Origin: a virus
Taxonomy: Duplodnaviria > Caudoviricetes
Strand: one strand, 5' to 3'
IMG/VR virus record: IMGVR_UViG_3300044837_000127
Coordinates: 1 to 53,102 of that record
DNA length: 53,102 bases
The notes under the pieces are model-generated. The model was given only the letters and a program-made list of their open reading frames with translations. It had not been told where the DNA came from and ran no database searches. A program made the translations under genes and the position numbers. Of the stretch, positions 36,500-47,016 are shown piece by piece (position 1 is the stretch's first letter; each line of letters starts with the position of its first letter).

Positions 36500-37457
36500 A
36501 TGGCGCGAGACGATATAGCCGAAGCCTTGGGTGCTGTCCAGACCGCCCCCGAAACGCTCCTTCTCCCGGTCGATTGCCGGGCAGGGATGCGGCTTTGTCT
36601 GGCGCCCAAAAGTATCCATACCGTGGTGACGTCGCCTCCCTATTTTGGGCTGCGCAATTACGATCATGATGGCCAGCTAGGACAGGAACAGACGCCCGAA
36701 GAATATGTGGCGGCGTTGGTGGCGGTATTCGATGAAGTCTGGCGGGTGCTTCGGGATGACGGCACGGTCTGGTTGAACCTTGGGGACAGCTACGCTCGCA
36801 ATCCCGCGAAAGGAACACCTAATGGCCGTAATCTAGCAAAAATGGGCTATAGCGGCGGTGCTGGGATTCCCGTCGGCATTAAAGAAAAAGAATTGATCGG
36901 AATTCCTTGGATGGTGGCCTTTGCCCTTCGCGCGGCGGGTTGGTATCTCCGCCAAGACATTATATGGGCCAAATCTAACCCCATGCCCGAAAGCGTTACA
37001 GATCGATGCACCAAGGCGCACGAATATATTTTTCTACTGACCAAATCCGCCCGCTATTATTTTGATGGCGATGCGATTGCCGAGCCGGCCGTTTCTACCC
37101 ATTCTTCAGGTAATGGTTTCGCCGGGCGTCAGGGCGGCGCAGCACATATGCCTATGTCGGGTGGACGTGGAACCATAGAAGAGTGGAAACCCGGTGGCAC
37201 GCGCAATAAACGATCGGTTTGGATGGTGCCGAGCCGCCCCTATAAAGGCGCGCATTTTGCTACCTTCCCGCCCGATCTAATCGCGCCGTGCATTTTGGCC
37301 GGAAGTCCAAGGGGGGGGGGTTGTGCTGGATCCGTTCGGCGGCGCCGGCACCACCGCTCTGGTCAGTCAACGGCTGGGCCGCTCCAGCGTTACATTCGAT
37401 ATCAACGCGGGCTATTGCGAAATGGCCGAAGCGCGGCTGGCGGCCGATAAGGCGTGA
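36500..37457 (+). pseudogene. N4/N6 DNA methyltransferase 2, frameshifted at G10 tract (37311-37320)
   Basis: VTSPPY, NLGDSY, W.K.NPMPES..DR, HFATFP; VLDPFGGAGTT lies in another frame after G10. Confidence 0.85.
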
Positions 37458-39862
37458 CCCTCCCCGTGCCCCTCCAGCCGCTGGGCTTGTACCGACAATG
37501 GATTACGTACCGGCTGGTCCCCCATCCGACGAAGGCCGGCAAAACCGACAAAATCCCCTGTAGCTGGCGGACCGGGGGCGATATCGATTTGATGAATCCC
37601 GCCAATTACGGCAGCTATGACGAAGCGGCGGCCGGCGCCCATCTGGCTGATATCGGCTATGGCCATGGGGTTGGCTTCGTCTTCACCGATGCGGACCCCT
37701 TCTGGTTTCTCGACATAGACGGGGCGTTCACCCCCGCAGGCGAGGGGGCAGACCGCCAATGGTCGATCATCGCGCGCACGCTCTGGGACCAGCTCCATGA
37801 AGCGGCCTGGGAATATAGCCAGTCCGGCAACGGACTTCATGCCTTCGGCTCCGGGCCGCTCCCCCCGCACGGCACGCGCAACAATGGGTTAGGTCTGGAG
37901 CTCTACCATGCCCGGCGCTTTGTCGCGCTGACCCTCAATACGTGCAACGATGGGTCCGCCGCGGCGGTCATCCCCGCCATTGCCGACGTCGCGACCACCT
38001 ATTTCCCTGCCTTGGTCGATACCGGTGGTGCGATCGATGATGCGTGGACCACACAAGCCGTCCCCGAATGGTCGGGCCCGGAGGATGACGAAGAGCTGTT
38101 ACGGATGATGCTGGCGAGCCGCACCGCCGCCCAGGCGTTCGGCAACGCTGACGGTACCACCGGTAAGGCGACCGCCGCGCAATTATGGGCCGGCGAGACG
38201 CAGGGCTACGGCCAGAGCGAAGCGGACGCGGCGCTGGCCAGCCACCTGGCGTTCTGGACCGGCAAAAATTGCGAACGCATTGAACGGCTGATGCGCCTCA
38301 GCGCACTGGCCAGAGAGAAATGGGACCGCGGCTCCCCCTATCTGGTCCCGACCATCCTTCGGGCGTGCGCAACGGTCAGCAAGGTGCTTCAGGCGTCGGC
38401 GGCCACCGCGGCCCAACCGATTCCGGAAGACGCGGCCAAGGCACTTGCGATCGGACAGGAATTCGGCGGCTACATTCCGCCGGCCAGCTACGGGGCGTAC
38501 TTCTCCGGCGCCGTTTATGTCATCGCGCACAATCAGATCTTCACCCCCGGCCATGGGCTGGTGGGGGCAACCGCTTTCGATACGATTTATGGGGGCCGCA
38601 AATTCATCAAGGATGGCGAGGGCCGGCCGGCCAGCATCACCGCGAGCGCCTGGGATGCCTTCCGCATGTGCGAAATGTGGCGACCGCCGATCGCATCGGA
38701 TACGTGCTTTCGCCCGGAGCATCCAACCGCGGCGCTGGTCGACATAGAGGGCCGCGCGTTCGTCAACACCTATGCGCCCATCATTACCGCTCGCGCGGCC
38801 GGCGACCCGGCGCCCTTCCTGGATTATCTGGCGCGGCTGATCCCCGACGAACGGGACCGGCGCATCATATTGTCCTACATGGCGGCGGCCATCCAGTCGC
38901 CTGGCCGTAAATTCCAGTGGTGGATCGTGCTGCAGGGCACCGAAGGCAATGGCAAAACCACCATTCTTCGCATCATGTCGCACGCGATCGGCCACAGATA
39001 TACCCATCTGGTCAACCCGGAGGCGATGGCGAAGACGGGCGGCCAATTCAACCTCTGGGTCCAGGGCAATTTGTTTTGCGGCTTCGAAGAAATCTATATC
39101 GGCCGGCGCCGCGATTTCCTGGAGACGTTCAAAGCCACCGTGACCAATGACCGGCTGGCTATGGAAGGCAAGGGCACCGCCCAATTCACCGGGGACAATC
39201 GGTGCAACGGTATCATGCTGACCCAGCATCCGGACGGCGTGCCCATTACCACCGATACCCGCCGCTATGCCGTCTTTCTGACCGCCCAGCAGAGCGAAGA
39301 GGATCTGGCCCGCGATGGGATGCTGGGCGACTATTTCCCCAAATTATACGATTGGCTGAAGGGCGAAGGCGAGTGGTCCGGCCATGGCGTGGATTACGGC
39401 TATGCGGTGGTTAACGATTATCTCCAGCGCTACGTGCCGGACGAAGAATTCAATCCGGCCGGCGCTTGCCAGCGAGCGCCAAAAACCAGCAGTTACGGTG
39501 CGGTCATTCGCGAGTCGCTCGGCAATGCCGAACAGGAAGTGCTGGAGGCGATCGAGCAGGGCCAGACGGGCTTCCGGGGCGGTTGGGTCAGCTCGCATTA
39601 TCTGGTGCTGTTGCTGGAGCGAATCCGGATCAGCATCCCGCCGGGCAAGCGGCGCAAATTTATGAATTCCATCGGCTATGACTACCACCCGGCAATGCCC
39701 GACGGGCGGGTCAATAATCCCGTCCTGCCCGATGGGGTCAAATCGCGGCTGTACGTGCGGCGCGATCATCTGGTGGCGCTCAACGTGGTCAACCATGTGG
39801 CGATCTGCGATGCGTACACCGCGGCCCAACAGCAATTACCGAGCGAACGGGCGGTGGGTTAA
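37454..39862 (+). CDS. Primase-polymerase fused to SF3/DUF5906-type helicase
   Basis: KIPC, FLDID, EYSQSGNGLH, SEADAAL..LAFW, Walker A GTEGNGKT, TRRYAV. Confidence 0.88.
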   Translation: MTLPVPLQPLGLYRQWITYRLVPHPTKAGKTDKIPCSWRTGGDIDLMNPANYGSYDEAAAGAHLADIGYGHGVGFVFTDADPFWFLDIDGAFTPAGEGADRQWSIIARTLWDQLHEAAWEYSQSGNGLHAFGSGPLPPHGTRNNGLGLELYHARRFVALTLNTCNDGSAAAVIPAIADVATTYFPALVDTGGAIDDAWTTQAVPEWSGPEDDEELLRMMLASRTAAQAFGNADGTTGKATAAQLWAGETQGYGQSEADAALASHLAFWTGKNCERIERLMRLSALAREKWDRGSPYLVPTILRACATVSKVLQASAATAAQPIPEDAAKALAIGQEFGGYIPPASYGAYFSGAVYVIAHNQIFTPGHGLVGATAFDTIYGGRKFIKDGEGRPASITASAWDAFRMCEMWRPPIASDTCFRPEHPTAALVDIEGRAFVNTYAPIITARAAGDPAPFLDYLARLIPDERDRRIILSYMAAAIQSPGRKFQWWIVLQGTEGNGKTTILRIMSHAIGHRYTHLVNPEAMAKTGGQFNLWVQGNLFCGFEEIYIGRRRDFLETFKATVTNDRLAMEGKGTAQFTGDNRCNGIMLTQHPDGVPITTDTRRYAVFLTAQQSEEDLARDGMLGDYFPKLYDWLKGEGEWSGHGVDYGYAVVNDYLQRYVPDEEFNPAGACQRAPKTSSYGAVIRESLGNAEQEVLEAIEQGQTGFRGGWVSSHYLVLLLERIRISIPPGKRRKFMNSIGYDYHPAMPDGRVNNPVLPDGVKSRLYVRRDHLVALNVVNHVAICDAYTAAQQQLPSERAVG

Positions 39863-39863
39863 A

Positions 39864-40289
39864 TTACTCCACCCATTCAAAATGCAGATCTTTGACGGGC
39901 GTGTGGTAGCTTAAGGCTCTGGCCAGCCGTCCCACGGTTATGTTGAAAAAGGTCAGTACCTTTACGAAATCGTCAAAGACCATATCGAGCTCCACGCACC
40001 GGATACGGTCGCCCCGGCGCGGTTTTTGAAAATCTGGGTTGTTTTCATAATTACAGCACGGACGATGCTGGCGAATCAACTCTCCTTCATGATTATAAGC
40101 ATCGAATCGATTGTCAAACCAAGCCAGGATATCAACCGATATTTTCTTCCGCTTTGTCATCCGGTGCCAACGAATCGAGCGTTTATCGGCAAAAGCGCGA
40201 GCCGGGGGACCGGAGCCAATATAAATTATCTGCGTGCCGTTAAAATGCGCATAAACGCAATATGGCTTGCTGAAGGCGTCTTTGATCAT
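39864..40289 (-). CDS. GIY-YIG nuclease
   Basis: YCVYAH....IYIGSG...RA...E.ELI..HRP..N. Confidence 0.75.
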   Translation of the reverse strand: MIKDAFSKPYCVYAHFNGTQIIYIGSGPPARAFADKRSIRWHRMTKRKKISVDILAWFDNRFDAYNHEGELIRQHRPCCNYENNPDFQKPRRGDRIRCVELDMVFDDFVKVLTFFNITVGRLARALSYHTPVKDLHFEWVE

Positions 40290-40299
40290 GGTTATAATC

Positions 40300-40575
40300 C
40301 GTATACCCCAAATGGTTCGGGGTAAAGTGATATCGTTAACTAGTTTATAATAGATTGATAGTAAACGATAAACCCGAAAATACCCCGATACCTGTGTTTG
40401 AATCAAGTCGGGCTGGCTTGTGCGTGCGGGCGCGATGCGCATGGGCGTGCGTAGCGCGCTATACGTGCGTAGCGATGCGCTCTAAAAAGTCAGGTATTTG
40501 GGTAGAATCTAAATAATCTAATAGAATCAACGGTCTGACAATACCCCGAACCCATACCCCGATAGTACCCCTATT
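40300..40575. other. Non-coding region with TACCCC repeats, candidate origin or packaging site
   Basis: TACCCCNA at about 40304, 40381, 40542, 40555, 40566 and inverted near 40317; AT-rich blocks. Confidence 0.4.
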
Positions 40576-40690
40576 ACACCAGTAACACACTAACACACTC
40601 CGTAAGGGCGATGACGATGGGTACAGACCGGACGGCTGGAGCGCTGGCGGGTTGCCAACGGTGCCCCCAGCGTGATAATTCCGGCGGGTT

Positions 40691-41263
40691 ATGACGGATG
40701 CGCTTAATAACGGTGGTGCGGTGGCATTGGCGGTGCCGGTTGACGATGCGACCGCCCCTCCCACTGATTCGGGTGGTTCGCGCGTGCGCACGGCGCCGTT
40801 CGTCGCCCCGCCGCTGATGGTTGAATTGATTTGCGATGCGATTGCCCAGGGGCGATCGCTCATGGATATTTGCCGGGAAATTAACGTGCCGGACTCAACG
40901 GTGGATAGCTGGATTTTGCGCGATACGAAATTTGGCACCCGCTACGCTTATGCCCGGAGCAAGCGATTCGACCGCATCACCGAAGAGTGCCTGACCATCG
41001 CGGACGATCGGTCCCAGGACGATATTATCGACCACCAGGGCTTTCGGCGCCCCAATAAGGAATGGATTGCCCGATCGCGGGTGAAGATCGATACCCGGCT
41101 GCGACTGCTGGCCCTTTGGGATCCGAAAAAATACGGGGCCAAGCTGGAGCTCAATGGCGATCTGACCACCCGCAATTTGAATATCAACGTCCCGGTGGAT
41201 CCGGTCCAGGCGGCCCATGCCTATGCGGACCTGATGCGCGGCCGGCCGCCGGTTGACGGTTGA
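40691..41263 (+). CDS. terS: Terminase small subunit
   Basis: ICDAIAQG.SL..IC, YAYAR, IADD, RSRVKIDTR..LL..WDPKKYG. Confidence 0.88.
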   Translation: MTDALNNGGAVALAVPVDDATAPPTDSGGSRVRTAPFVAPPLMVELICDAIAQGRSLMDICREINVPDSTVDSWILRDTKFGTRYAYARSKRFDRITEECLTIADDRSQDDIIDHQGFRRPNKEWIARSRVKIDTRLRLLALWDPKKYGAKLELNGDLTTRNLNINVPVDPVQAAHAYADLMRGRPPVDG

Positions 41264-41415
41264 CAGCTCCGCCACGGCCGGGTAATTGCCGAATCACGGG
41301 CGAGCCACCAAGCCCCGCCATCATGATCGGTCTGGACCGAAACACTGGGGCAGAAAGAACGGCAGGGCGCGGCAAGCCCGGTCGGTTTCCAGACACCGGC
41401 CCAGCCGCAAGGGGA

Positions 41416-41449
41416 GGCCCCGCCGGCAACGGTGCGGGCCTTTTCCTTT
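41416..41449 (+). terminator. Intrinsic terminator
   Basis: ggcccc-gccg-gcaa-cggt-gcgggcc followed by ttttccttt. Confidence 0.65.
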
Positions 41450-41456
41450 GTCCGAT

Positions 41457-41470
41457 TGACCGACTCGTCA
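41457..41470. promoter_or_regulatory. TGAC-N6-GTCA palindrome
   Basis: TGACCGACTCGTCA; TTGACC-N17-TATCAA. Confidence 0.65.
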
Positions 41471-41983
41471 GCCATCATTATCAACCGTTCCCGACTCGGT
41501 CGGACGGCACCCGCGAATCGACGCGGAACCGAAGGGGGTAAGACTCCACCGCGCCGGCCGGGTTAACGGGAGGGGCGGATTATGGGTGTGCTGCTGGTGA
41601 TTGGAGTGCTGGTGATGCTGGGCGGAATAGCGGCGATGGACCGGACCACCGGAGCGCTGCGGCGTAAGGTTGCCTGGGCGTCGACCGGCGCCGCGGTGCT
41701 GGTGGTGTCCATGCTGCTGGTGGCACCGCCCGACGTCTGGATCAGGCAATGACCGGGCTATGTATGGCGGTCGATTGGGGACCCTTGGCATTTATCGGGC
41801 TTTTAGTGGCGGCAGTTCTAGTGCCCATAGGGATTTATGAAATTATCGATATTCAACGTTCTATTAATCGGATGCGGAAGGGTAAGTAGGTGCCGGCGAG
41901 CCCCCAGCTCCAGGCGACGCTTGATTCGCTGGGGGCGACCCTGGCCGCCAGCACTCGCCAGCCAACGGTCCGAACGGAGGGCG

Positions 41984-42301
41984 ATGAACGGATTTGCGCG
42001 GCCTGCTGGCGCCGATGGAGGCTCGCGGAAGAGCGGCCCGACTGCGAACGGGGCTGCAATGGCCGGTAATTATGGAGCTTGGGGCCGCGGGCGGGCCTTT
42101 ACGGCACATCGGGCGACGGCCAAGCGGGCCAAACTTAACCGCTTCGCCCAGGCGCTGGCGGATAGCGCGACCGGAAGCATTAGCGAGGCCGCCCGCGCCG
42201 CCGGCATCAGTCAGCAAACCGGGAGCATTTACTTCCGGGAGATTTGTGGGGCGATCAATGCCGCTCAACGGGCGGCGGGGTATGGAGACTGGGCGACATG
42301 A
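41984..42301 (+). CDS. Small HTH-like protein (start uncertain)
   Basis: SISEAARAAGISQQTG. Confidence 0.5.
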   Translation: MNGFARPAGADGGSRKSGPTANGAAMAGNYGAWGRGRAFTAHRATAKRAKLNRFAQALADSATGSISEAARAAGISQQTGSIYFREICGAINAAQRAAGYGDWAT

Positions 42302-42660
42302 CGGACCCGACAATTATCATAATCACCGCCGGATTGCTGCTGGCCGCCCTGACCGTCTTGCTGGTCCGCCGCCTGTCGCCAACCGAGCCGATCGCCGCGC
42401 CCCGGCTCTTTGGACCACCGGAACCGCCCGTGCTGGTAGTCGCCCCACAGCCAGACGAATTTTGTTTGATCACCAAGATCGGTGAGGTCGTATCGCACGG
42501 CATGGATCGGGTCGACGCCATGCGGCAATTCGGAGCGGACCGCTTTCTGACGTTCATGCCGATGCCGGACGGGACGTGCTGGTCCCTGACCGTGGTGCAT
42601 CACCCGAACGAAGCGACGGCCAAGGCCAGCTATCGGCCGGCGCCGTTGGTCACGCACTGA
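42298..42660 (+). CDS. Membrane-anchored hypothetical protein
   Basis: N-terminal TM helix; coupled start and stop. Confidence 0.55.
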   Translation: MTDPTIIIITAGLLLAALTVLLVRRLSPTEPIAAPRLFGPPEPPVLVVAPQPDEFCLITKIGEVVSHGMDRVDAMRQFGADRFLTFMPMPDGTCWSLTVVHHPNEATAKASYRPAPLVTH

Positions 42661-42893
42661 TGGCAACCGCTCCGCCCGCGCCGGTAATCGACTGGTACGC
42701 CCTGGGCGGAACGGAATATCTGAACGATAAGCACATGCCGGACCGAATGTGCCGGATATACCCCACCCGCGACCGCCATAGCGAGGAAGACGAGCGGCGC
42801 TATCTGGCCGGCTGGCGAGCGGCCCAGGAAGCGGACCAGACCCAACATGCCGATATGACGGAGCGCGAAAACGTCTGGGGGTGGATGGAGTGA
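42660..42893 (+). CDS. Hypothetical protein
   Basis: TGATG coupling at both ends. Confidence 0.5.
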   Translation: MATAPPAPVIDWYALGGTEYLNDKHMPDRMCRIYPTRDRHSEEDERRYLAGWRAAQEADQTQHADMTERENVWGWME

Positions 42894-43056
42894 TGGCCGC
42901 CACCAGTAATTATCGCCGCCGCCGGTTCAGCTCCACCCCGCAGCAAATTATGGAAAGGCTGGTGCGGACCGAGCCCAAGGGCGGTGCGGCGCTCATGATC
43001 TTGCGCTGGCTGACCGATAGTGCGGCCCGTGATGGGGCGGTGCCCAAAGACGCATA

Positions 43057-44706
43057 ATGCCGAATATTTCCCAACAAAATCAATCTGATGGGGTGGTGAC
43101 CTTCGACTGGGCCCATCCGGATTATGCAGCGGTCTTTCGCCAACGGGTGGACCGGCTAAAATGGCTGCAGGACAATCCCGACCAGCTCCCGGCCATCCGC
43201 GCCTATTACCGCTCGCATATTGCCGACTTCATCAACGATTGGGGCTGCACGGTCGACCCGAAACGGGCGGACGATAGCCGGCCGGCCATGCTCCCGTTCG
43301 TCCTCTACCCTCGCCAGCGCGAATTTATCGACTGGATGCTATGGCTATGGCGGACCAAGCAATCCGGCGCCGCCCCCAAATCTCGCGAAGTCGGGCTGTC
43401 CTGGCTGGCCATCGCCACTAGCTGTTCGCTCTGTCTGTTCCATCGGGATTTAGCCATTGGTTTCGGATCAAGCAAATTGGAGCTGGTGGATAAGCTGGGC
43501 GACCCCAAGTCGTTATTTTGGAAAGCCCGGGAATACATGGCGTTGCTGCCGGCCGAATTCACCAACGGATGGACCCGCGCTGACGCCCCCGAAAAACTGA
43601 TTAAGTTTCCGGCTACGGGCAGCACCATGGCCGGCGAAGGAGGCGATGATATTGGCCGTGGCGGCCGTACCAGCATGTATTTTGTGGACGAAGCGGCTTT
43701 TCTGGAACGGCCGATGCTGGCCGAAGGGTCTTTATCGGAGAATACCTTTTGCCGAATTGACATCAGTACCGCGCATGGCATCGGCAACCCCTTTTATGAG
43801 AAGGTCACGAAGACCTATCCGCCCGCGCGGGTGTTTCGTTTCCACTGGCGCGACGATCCCCGCAAGGATGATGCGTGGTACGCGGACCGGGTGGCCAATC
43901 TGGACCCGGTGACGGTCGCCCAGGAAATCGACATAGATTTCTCCGCATCCATGGAAGGCGTGGTGATTCCCTCTGCCTGGGTGCAAACCGCGATCGACGC
44001 CCATTTGAAGCTGAATATCGCCCCGACCGGAGCGCTGACCGGCGCCCTGGACGTGGCGGACGAAGGGCGCGATCTGAACGCCTTTGCCGCAGCCCAGGGG
44101 ATACTGGTCGACCACCTGTCCGAATGGTCGGGCAAGGGATCTGACGTTTTTGGCACCACCCAGCGAGCGTTCGGCCTTTGCGACGATCTGGAGCTGGAGG
44201 GCTTCCGATACGATGCCGATGGGCTGGGGGCGGGCGTGCGCGGCGACGCCCGCGTGATCAATGAACAGCGCGCCGCCGACGGCCGGGCGGAAATATTGGT
44301 CCAGCCGTTCCGGGGGTCCGCCGAAGTGATGGAGCCGGAGCGCGAGGACGTAAAGGGCCGCAAAAACAAGGATTATTTTGCCAACCGTAAGGCCCAATCA
44401 TGGTTTGCGCTGCGGCGCCGCTTTGAAATTACCCATCGTGCCGTCACCGCCCCGTCGGTGGCTGCGGCGATGGGCTGGGGGCCCGACGATATAATTTCGC
44501 TGTCGAGCAGCCTGCCGATGCTGGCGAAACTGATGGCCGAATTGTCCCAGCCGACCTATACGCTTAACACCGTCGGCAAAATCGTGATAGACAAGGCCCC
44601 TGATGGAACGCGGAGCCCCAACCTTGCGGATGCGCTGATGATCCTTTTTGGACGGGCAAACCGGCCGCCAATGAGGATATCGGACCGGGCGCTGGAGGAG
44701 ATTTAA
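43057..44706 (+). CDS. terL: Terminase large subunit
   Basis: KSREVGLSW, GRGGR, YFVDEAAF, LDVADEG.D, SPNLADA. Confidence 0.93.
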   Translation: MPNISQQNQSDGVVTFDWAHPDYAAVFRQRVDRLKWLQDNPDQLPAIRAYYRSHIADFINDWGCTVDPKRADDSRPAMLPFVLYPRQREFIDWMLWLWRTKQSGAAPKSREVGLSWLAIATSCSLCLFHRDLAIGFGSSKLELVDKLGDPKSLFWKAREYMALLPAEFTNGWTRADAPEKLIKFPATGSTMAGEGGDDIGRGGRTSMYFVDEAAFLERPMLAEGSLSENTFCRIDISTAHGIGNPFYEKVTKTYPPARVFRFHWRDDPRKDDAWYADRVANLDPVTVAQEIDIDFSASMEGVVIPSAWVQTAIDAHLKLNIAPTGALTGALDVADEGRDLNAFAAAQGILVDHLSEWSGKGSDVFGTTQRAFGLCDDLELEGFRYDADGLGAGVRGDARVINEQRAADGRAEILVQPFRGSAEVMEPEREDVKGRKNKDYFANRKAQSWFALRRRFEITHRAVTAPSVAAAMGWGPDDIISLSSSLPMLAKLMAELSQPTYTLNTVGKIVIDKAPDGTRSPNLADALMILFGRANRPPMRISDRALEEI

Positions 44707-46220
44707 TGCGATTCGCCCGCCTTCGCCGCTGGTTGGCCACCCAATTGGCACCGCCCATCCAGACGGTGACGGAGCAATTGGCCGATCTGCCCGAAGCCCG
44801 CGGGGTCAGCATGATGGCCCTGGCCGAAGCCTCCGCCGGCTACGGGCAGCCCCTCCAGGCGTTCCATTCGTTGCCGGCCGCGGCGCCCGGCGTGATGCCG
44901 ACTACCATGGCGATGGATGCCGGTGTTCCGGCCTATGCGTCCCAGGCGGCCGGCGCGATCATGCAATGGGGGCTGGAAAGTCGCTTCCATGAAGGCATGG
45001 CGTTCCTGGGCTTCCCCTATCTGGCGGAGCTCGCCCAGCGGTCCGAATATCGAAAAATGACGGAGACGATCGCACGGGACGCCACCCGCAAATGGATGGA
45101 ATTGAAGGGTCCGGACGAAACGAAGCTGAAGGCCCTGAAGGATGCGATAATCACGCATGGCGTCCGCGCGAAGCTGCAGCATGTGGCGGAGCTGGACGGC
45201 TATTTCGGCCGCGGCCAGATCTTCGTGGACGTCGGGGAAACCAATTTGCGCACCGCCATGGTGATCGACAAGAAGGCGATCGGCAAAGGCAAGCTGAAGG
45301 GCTTTACGGTGGTGGAGCCGGTTTGGACCTATCCGGGCGAATATAACGCGACGGAGCCGCTGAAACCGGACTTCTTCGTGCCGCGCGAATGGTACGTGAT
45401 GGGCGATATCATCCACCGATCCCGACTGCTGGTCTTCATCGCCCGCGAAGTGCCCGACATGCTTAAAGCCACCTATGCTTTCGGTGGTCTCAGCATGTCC
45501 CAGATGGCCAAGCCCTATGTGGACAATTGGCTGCGCACCCGTCAGTCCGTCAGCGATTTGATCCATTCGTTTTCCACCATGGTCCTGAAGACCGATATGG
45601 CATCGATTTTGACCGGCGGCCCGGCCGCCAATGTCCTGGCCCGACTCCAGCTCTACACGCAATTCCGCGATAACCGGGGGGTCTTCGCGGTCGACAAAGA
45701 GTCGGAAGAGCTGGAGAATGTAAGCGCGCCGCTCGCCAATCTGGACGATCTGCAGACTCAGGCGCAAGAGCAAATGTGCACGGTATCGGGGGTGCCCCGG
45801 CTGCTATTGTTGGGCCTGTCGCCTAAGGGCTCCGGCATAGGCGATTCGGGCCAAGGCGAAATTCAGGCGTATTTCGGGTATATTATCGCCTATCAGGAAC
45901 GCTTTTTCCGGCCGCACCTGACCACCATCATCAACCTGATCCAGCTCGACCTTTGGGGCGAAGTCGACCCGCTGATTACCTTTGAATTCCACCCGCTACA
46001 GGAAATGGATTTGAAGGAACTGGCGGAAATCCGCAAGAGCGATGCCGAAGCCATCACCCTCTATGTGAACGCCGGGTGCGTCTCGCCCGACGAAGCGCGG
46101 GAAGTCATTTCGGAAGACGAAAACGGGCTGTTCTTTGGCGTCGATCTGTCCGCCCCGGCGCCAGAGCAAGATGACGATACCGATGTGTTGAACGGTCCGC
46201 CCGATGCCGGCGGTGGCTAA
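44706..46220 (+). CDS. Portal protein (DUF1073-like)
   Basis: FLGFPYLAELAQRSEYR, FGGLSMSQ, LLGLSP.G; follows terL. Confidence 0.9.
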   Translation: MRFARLRRWLATQLAPPIQTVTEQLADLPEARGVSMMALAEASAGYGQPLQAFHSLPAAAPGVMPTTMAMDAGVPAYASQAAGAIMQWGLESRFHEGMAFLGFPYLAELAQRSEYRKMTETIARDATRKWMELKGPDETKLKALKDAIITHGVRAKLQHVAELDGYFGRGQIFVDVGETNLRTAMVIDKKAIGKGKLKGFTVVEPVWTYPGEYNATEPLKPDFFVPREWYVMGDIIHRSRLLVFIAREVPDMLKATYAFGGLSMSQMAKPYVDNWLRTRQSVSDLIHSFSTMVLKTDMASILTGGPAANVLARLQLYTQFRDNRGVFAVDKESEELENVSAPLANLDDLQTQAQEQMCTVSGVPRLLLLGLSPKGSGIGDSGQGEIQAYFGYIIAYQERFFRPHLTTIINLIQLDLWGEVDPLITFEFHPLQEMDLKELAEIRKSDAEAITLYVNAGCVSPDEAREVISEDENGLFFGVDLSAPAPEQDDDTDVLNGPPDAGGG

Positions 46221-47016
46221 CAGCGCGGATCCGGTCCAGCCGGCCGCCCCCATCCGGACCGAATATCAGCGCCGGCTGGAACGCGCGGTCACCGACATGC
46301 ACAAGTCCGTCCGCTTTTGGGTGGCAGGCTGCTATCGGGTCCAGATGGCCAATGCGCCGATCGTGCTGGCCGCGGACGCACCCCCACACCATGCTGGGGA
46401 CGCATCGGCGCCTCGCGAGCTCCAGGATGCCATCCGCAAATTGTCGCGCCGGTGGCTCCGCAATTTCGACAAGCTCGCATGGAAATTGTCGGACTGGTTT
46501 GCTACCAAGGTGGAAGAGCGGTCGACCGTTGGTTTGCGGGAATCGCTGCGAAAACATGGGTTTACTGTCCGGTTCAAGCCAACGCGGGCGATGAATGACG
46601 CGGCCCAGGCGGTCGCGGCTGAAAATGTCGCACTGATAAAATCCATTCCAGAACAATACCTTAAGAGCGTTGAGGGCGCCGTGATGCGCTCCGCCCAGAC
46701 CGGACGGGATCTGAAATCGCTGGTCGACGAGCTGACCCAGATCGAAGGCATCACCCGGCGCCGAGCCAAGCTGATCGCCCGGACCCAGAACAATCAGGCC
46801 ACCGCGGCGATGACCCGCGTGCGGATGCTGGAGGCCGGAATTACCCAAGCGATCTGGGTCCATACCGGTGCCGGCAGAACGTTCCGGCCGGCCCACGTCG
46901 CCATGTCGGGTCGACGCTATAGCATCGCGGACGGCGCGGACGTGGAAGGGCGCTGGCCCGGCGTGGCCATAAACTGCCATTGCATTCAACGGCCGGTCAT
47001 TCCGGGATTTGATTAG
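46204..47016 (+). CDS. Head morphogenesis protein (Mu gpF-like)
   Basis: ENVALIKSIPEQY, RAKLIARTQ, RPAH, PGVAINCHC. Confidence 0.88.
   Translation: MPAVANSADPVQPAAPIRTEYQRRLERAVTDMHKSVRFWVAGCYRVQMANAPIVLAADAPPHHAGDASAPRELQDAIRKLSRRWLRNFDKLAWKLSDWFATKVEERSTVGLRESLRKHGFTVRFKPTRAMNDAAQAVAAENVALIKSIPEQYLKSVEGAVMRSAQTGRDLKSLVDELTQIEGITRRRAKLIARTQNNQATAAMTRVRMLEAGITQAIWVHTGAGRTFRPAHVAMSGRRYSIADGADVEGRWPGVAINCHCIQRPVIPGFD

Noticed and set aside
39710-39726. Additional operator-like site GACGGGCGGGTCAAT
   Set aside because: Inside the primase CDS and mismatched to the consensus; probably chance.
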